Below, piece by piece: positions 60,406 to 64,000 of a stretch of DNA of 64,000 bases. Numbering within the stretch: position 1 is the first letter of the stretch; each line of letters starts with the position of its first letter. Made by a program: the position numbers and the translations under genes. Under the pieces are notes generated by a model. The model saw only the letters and a list, made by a program, of their open reading frames with translations, searched no databases and was not told the origin of the DNA. The stretch is from Alphaproteobacteria bacterium (GTDB lineage Bacteria > Pseudomonadota > Alphaproteobacteria > Bin95): contig OZ219786.1 of NCBI GenBank assembly GCA_964291285.2, forward strand, positions 992,001 to 1,056,000. Direction: 5' to 3'.

Positions 60406-61359
60406 ATGAGCGTTCTCGTCATTGCCGAACACGACAACGCCACCCTGAAGGCGGCCACGCGCAACGCCGTCGCCGCAGCGGCCGAGATCGACGCGGATGT
60501 GCATGTGCTGGTGGCCGGACAGGATTGCGGCCCGGCCGCCGAGGCGGCCGCGCAGGTCGCGGGCGTCGCGAAGGTGCTTGTCGCCGAGGACGGGGCCTAT
60601 GAACACGCGCTGGCGGAGAATGTGGCGAAGCTGGTAGTCGATCTCTCCGGCAGCTACAGCCATGTGCTCGCGCCGGCCACCGCGAACGGCAAGAACATCC
60701 TGCCCCGCGCCGCGGCCCTGCTCGACGTGGCGCAGATTTCGGACATCACCGAGGTCGTCTCCGCCGACACCTTCGTGCGGCCGATCTATGCCGGCAACGC
60801 CATGGCGAAGGTGCAGTCCGCCGACCCGGTCAAGCTCATCACGGTGCGCATGACGGCGTTCGACGCGGCCCCGGCCGAGGGCGGGTCGGCACCGGTCGAG
60901 GCGGCGTCCGGGGCCGGCAGCGTCGGGCTCTCCAGCTTCGTCGGGCGCGAACTCACAAAGTCCGAGCGCCCGGAACTCACCACCGCCGGCATCGTCGTCT
61001 CCGGCGGGCGCGGCATGGGCTCGGGCGAGAACTTCAACATACTGGAGGCGCTCGCCGACCGGCTGGGCGCGGCCGTCGGGGCCTCGCGCGCGGCGGTCGA
61101 TGCGGGCTATGTGCCGAACGACTACCAGGTCGGGCAGACGGGCAAAGTGGTCGCCCCGGACCTCTACATCGCGGTCGGCATTTCCGGCGCCATCCAGCAT
61201 CTCGCCGGCATGAAGGACAGCCGGGTGATCGTCGCCATCAACAAGGACGAGGAAGCGCCGATCTTCCAGGTCGCCGATTACGGGCTCGTGGCGGACCTGT
61301 TCAAGGCGGTGCCGGAACTCACCGGCGCCATCGAAGACTACAAGGCGGAAAACGATTGA
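60406..61359 (+). CDS. etfA: Electron transfer flavoprotein alpha subunit
   Basis: [27 protein letters not shown]. Confidence 0.96.
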   Translation: MSVLVIAEHDNATLKAATRNAVAAAAEIDADVHVLVAGQDCGPAAEAAAQVAGVAKVLVAEDGAYEHALAENVAKLVVDLSGSYSHVLAPATANGKNILPRAAALLDVAQISDITEVVSADTFVRPIYAGNAMAKVQSADPVKLITVRMTAFDAAPAEGGSAPVEAASGAGSVGLSSFVGRELTKSERPELTTAGIVVSGGRGMGSGENFNILEALADRLGAAVGASRAAVDAGYVPNDYQVGQTGKVVAPDLYIAVGISGAIQHLAGMKDSRVIVAINKDEEAPIFQVADYGLVADLFKAVPELTGAIEDYKAEND

Positions 61360-62258
61360 CCGCCATGCCGAGGGGTCACGACAGCGGCATCCGCAAGGTC
61401 GGCGTCATCGGCGCCGGTCAGATGGGCAGCGGCATCGCGCATGTCGCCGCGCTTTCCGGCTTCGATGTGCGCCTTGTGGACATCGCGGACGCAGCGCTGG
61501 AACGCAGTCTCACGGTCATCGACCGCAACATGGACCGGCAATTGCGCCGGGGCCTGTTCGACGAGGCGGCGAAGGCCGAGGCGCTGGCGCGGATCGACAC
61601 GGGCTCGGACTATGCCGGCTTCCGGGACTGCGACATCGTGATCGAGGCCGCCACGGAGAACGAGGCGGTGAAGCGCGAGGTGTTCAAGGCGCTGCTGCCG
61701 CATCTCGCCGAGGGCGCAATCGTCGCGTCCAACACCTCCTCGATCTCGATCACGCGGCTGGCCTCCACGACGGATCGTCCGGAGCGGTTCATCGGCCTGC
61801 ATTTCATGAACCCGGTGCCGATGATGTCCCTGGTCGAGCTCATTCGCGGCATCGCGACCGGGGACAACACCTTCGAGGACGTGAAGGAGTTCGCCGTCTC
61901 GCTCGGCAAGACGCCGGTGGCGGCGGAGGACTTCCCGGCCTTCATCGTCAACCGCATCCTGCTGCCGATGATCAACGAGGCCGTCTATACGCTCTATGAG
62001 GGCGTGGGCTCGGTGGACGCCATCGACACCGGCATGCGCCTTGGCGCCAACCACCCGATGGGGCCGCTGGAGCTCGCGGACTTCATCGGCCTCGACACCT
62101 GCCTCGCCGTGATGCAGGTGCTCTATGACGGGCTCGCCGACAGCAAATACCGCCCCTGCCCGCTGCTGGTGAAATATGTCGAGGCGGGCTGGATCGGCCG
62201 CAAGGCCGGCCGCGGCTTCTACGACTATTCAGGCGACCACCCCGTCCCGACGCGGTAG
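61356..62258 (+). CDS. hbd: 3-hydroxybutyryl-CoA dehydrogenase
   Basis: [28 protein letters not shown]. Confidence 0.93.
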   Translation: MTAMPRGHDSGIRKVGVIGAGQMGSGIAHVAALSGFDVRLVDIADAALERSLTVIDRNMDRQLRRGLFDEAAKAEALARIDTGSDYAGFRDCDIVIEAATENEAVKREVFKALLPHLAEGAIVASNTSSISITRLASTTDRPERFIGLHFMNPVPMMSLVELIRGIATGDNTFEDVKEFAVSLGKTPVAAEDFPAFIVNRILLPMINEAVYTLYEGVGSVDAIDTGMRLGANHPMGPLELADFIGLDTCLAVMQVLYDGLADSKYRPCPLLVKYVEAGWIGRKAGRGFYDYSGDHPVPTR

Positions 62259-62268
62259 GGCCGACCGG

Positions 62269-63444
62269 CTACAGCACGCCGTCGATTGCCCGAAGGTAGA
62301 GGCGCTCCAACGCGCCCGTATCGAGGGGAACCGGGTTGGTTGCAGCGGACGGGTCCACCGCCGCCATCGGCGCCATGCGCCTTGCGAACGAGGCGTCCAC
62401 GCCTATGTCCCTGAGCGTGTGCGGAATCCCGATTTCCTCGCGCAGGGCAAGGATCCAGTCGAGGACGCCCGAGAAGGACGGGTCCGGCAGGTCGAGGTAG
62501 CGCGCGAGGGCCGCCATCTTCGTCTCGATAGCCGGCCGGTTGAAGACGAGCACATAGGGCATGACCACCGCGTTCGTCAGGCCGTGGTGGGTGTCGAGCA
62601 GCGAACTGCAGGGGTGGCTGAGGGCGTGCATCGCGCCCAGCCCCTTCTGGAAGGCGGTCGAGCCCATCGCGGCCGCCACCTGCATGCGGCTCCGCGCGGC
62701 AAGGTCGGAGGGGTTCTTCACTGCGACGGGAAGCGCGTCGCGGACGAGCCGCATCGCTTCGAGCGCGATCCCCTGCGCCAGCGGATGGAAGACGGGGCTC
62801 GAATAGGCTTCGAGGCTGTGGGAGAGCGCATCCATTCCGACCGCCGCGGTGAGGTGGGCGGGAAGCCCCACAGTGAGTTCGGGGTCCAGGATCACGCGGC
62901 CCGGCATCATCCGGGGATGGAAGATGATCCGCTTGGTGTGCTCGGCGCGGGCGTCGGTGATGACCGAGGCGCGTCCCGTCTCCGAACCGGTGCCGGAGGT
63001 GGTGGGAACGGCGACGACCGGCGCCAAGCCGTCCTCCTCGGCCCGGGTCCACCAGTCCTCGCGGTTCTCGAAATCCCAGATGGGCCGCGATTGGGCCGCC
63101 ATGAAGCCGATCGCCTTGCCGGTATCCAGGGCGCTGCCGCCCCCGAAGGCAATGATCCCGTCGTGATCTCCCTCCCGCAGCGCCGCTACCCCGTCATGGA
63201 CATTGGCCTCGACCGGGTTCGCGCGCACGTCCGAGAAGACCGCACATGCGAGTCCTGCCTGCGCACAGGCCTCCACCGCTTCGCTCACCATGGGCAGCGC
63301 CGCCAGCCCCGGGTCCGTGACCAGCAGGGGCCGGTGGATGCCGAGCTCCAGACACGCCCGGGGAAGCTCGCTGATGCGCCCGGCGCCGAAGCGGATCGGA
63401 GCAGGGAAGCTCCAGTTGCCAATCGCGTCCGTCGGCTTGTCCAT
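62269..63444 (-). CDS. Iron-containing alcohol dehydrogenase
   Basis: GGGSALD, PTTSGTGSE, DALSH, HALSH, HHGL. Confidence 0.92.
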   Translation of the reverse strand: MDKPTDAIGNWSFPAPIRFGAGRISELPRACLELGIHRPLLVTDPGLAALPMVSEAVEACAQAGLACAVFSDVRANPVEANVHDGVAALREGDHDGIIAFGGGSALDTGKAIGFMAAQSRPIWDFENREDWWTRAEEDGLAPVVAVPTTSGTGSETGRASVITDARAEHTKRIIFHPRMMPGRVILDPELTVGLPAHLTAAVGMDALSHSLEAYSSPVFHPLAQGIALEAMRLVRDALPVAVKNPSDLAARSRMQVAAAMGSTAFQKGLGAMHALSHPCSSLLDTHHGLTNAVVMPYVLVFNRPAIETKMAALARYLDLPDPSFSGVLDWILALREEIGIPHTLRDIGVDASFARRMAPMAAVDPSAATNPVPLDTGALERLYLRAIDGVL

Positions 63445-63557
63445 AGGGTGCACCTCCCGGCATGAGCATCGGGAAAGACCGGATAGGACCCTTGCAGGCA
63501 GGAAGGCAAGCCCGGCGAGCGGCGTTGCCGGACTATGGCCCCGGTGATAGTTCCCGG

Positions 63558-64000
63558 CTAAATCACTCCGTCCGCGCGGAGCGCCTCGACCGCCGCACCG
63601 TCATAGCCGAGGGCGGCCAGAACTTCCGCCGTGTGCTCGCCCTGGTCGGGGGTGTGGAGGCGGACATCGGGCCGGCCGCCGCTGCGCGAGAGGGTCGCCG
63701 CCTGGCCGACGACGCCGACATCGCCGAGTTCCGGGTGGGCCATCGGCTTCTCGATGCCGAGATGACGAACCTGCGGGTCGGTCATGGTCCTGTCGATGCT
63801 GTTGATCGGCCCGCAGGGCACGCGCGCCTCGTTCAGCACGACCACCCACTCCTCGCTCGGGCGCCTCGCCGTGTATTCGCCGAGCACCCTGTTGAGCGCG
63901 GCGCGGTTCTTCGACCGGCTCCCGTCGTCGGCATAGTCGGGGTGGGAGACGAGTTCCGGACAGCCGAGCGCGTTGCAGAGCCGCTCGAACATGGTGTTGC
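63558..64000 (-). CDS. CaiB/BaiF CoA-transferase, C-terminal part (start outside window)
   Basis: VPCGPIN, DPQV, HP.LG, P..GEHT.EVL. Confidence 0.85.
   Translation of the reverse strand, partial: NTMFERLCNALGCPELVSHPDYADDGSRSKNRAALNRVLGEYTARRPSEEWVVVLNEARVPCGPINSIDRTMTDPQVRHLGIEKPMAHPELGDVGVVGQAATLSRSGGRPDVRLHTPDQGEHTAEVLAALGYDGAAVEALRADGVI

Overview
High-GC chromosomal window, most likely alphaproteobacterial (F0-only atpI-B-E-F'-F operon, PPIase-argJ-mutT, ffs-dnaX-ybaB-recR, etfBA-hbd). About 1-38 kb and 57-64 kb hold housekeeping genes mixed with many catabolic/redox enzymes (Fe/2OG dioxygenases, Rieske oxygenase, three DsbA/HCCA-isomerase paralogues). They also hold a ligase/exonuclease/Lhr/phosphoesterase repair cluster whose ligase has lost its catalytic lysine. 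An accessory island of about 12 kb (~45.2-57.1 kb) follows atpF. It contains (i) an AT-richer three-gene cassette (ParB/Srx-domain protein, putative PD-(D/E)xK-like protein, C5 methyltransferase), (ii) an IS256 copy, (iii) an IS110/IS621-type element whose bridge-RNA guides can be matched to its own donor and target sites, and (iv) an IS1595-family element with 23-bp terminal inverted repeats. The IS1595 element carries as cargo a single-chain DNA methyltransferase-HNH nuclease gene whose reading frame depends on an 11-bp tandem repeat and is out of frame in this sequence; this is the most unusual feature. A second IS256 copy interrupts the antitoxin-like gene of a PIN toxin operon. All calls come from reading motifs by eye; no database searches were run.
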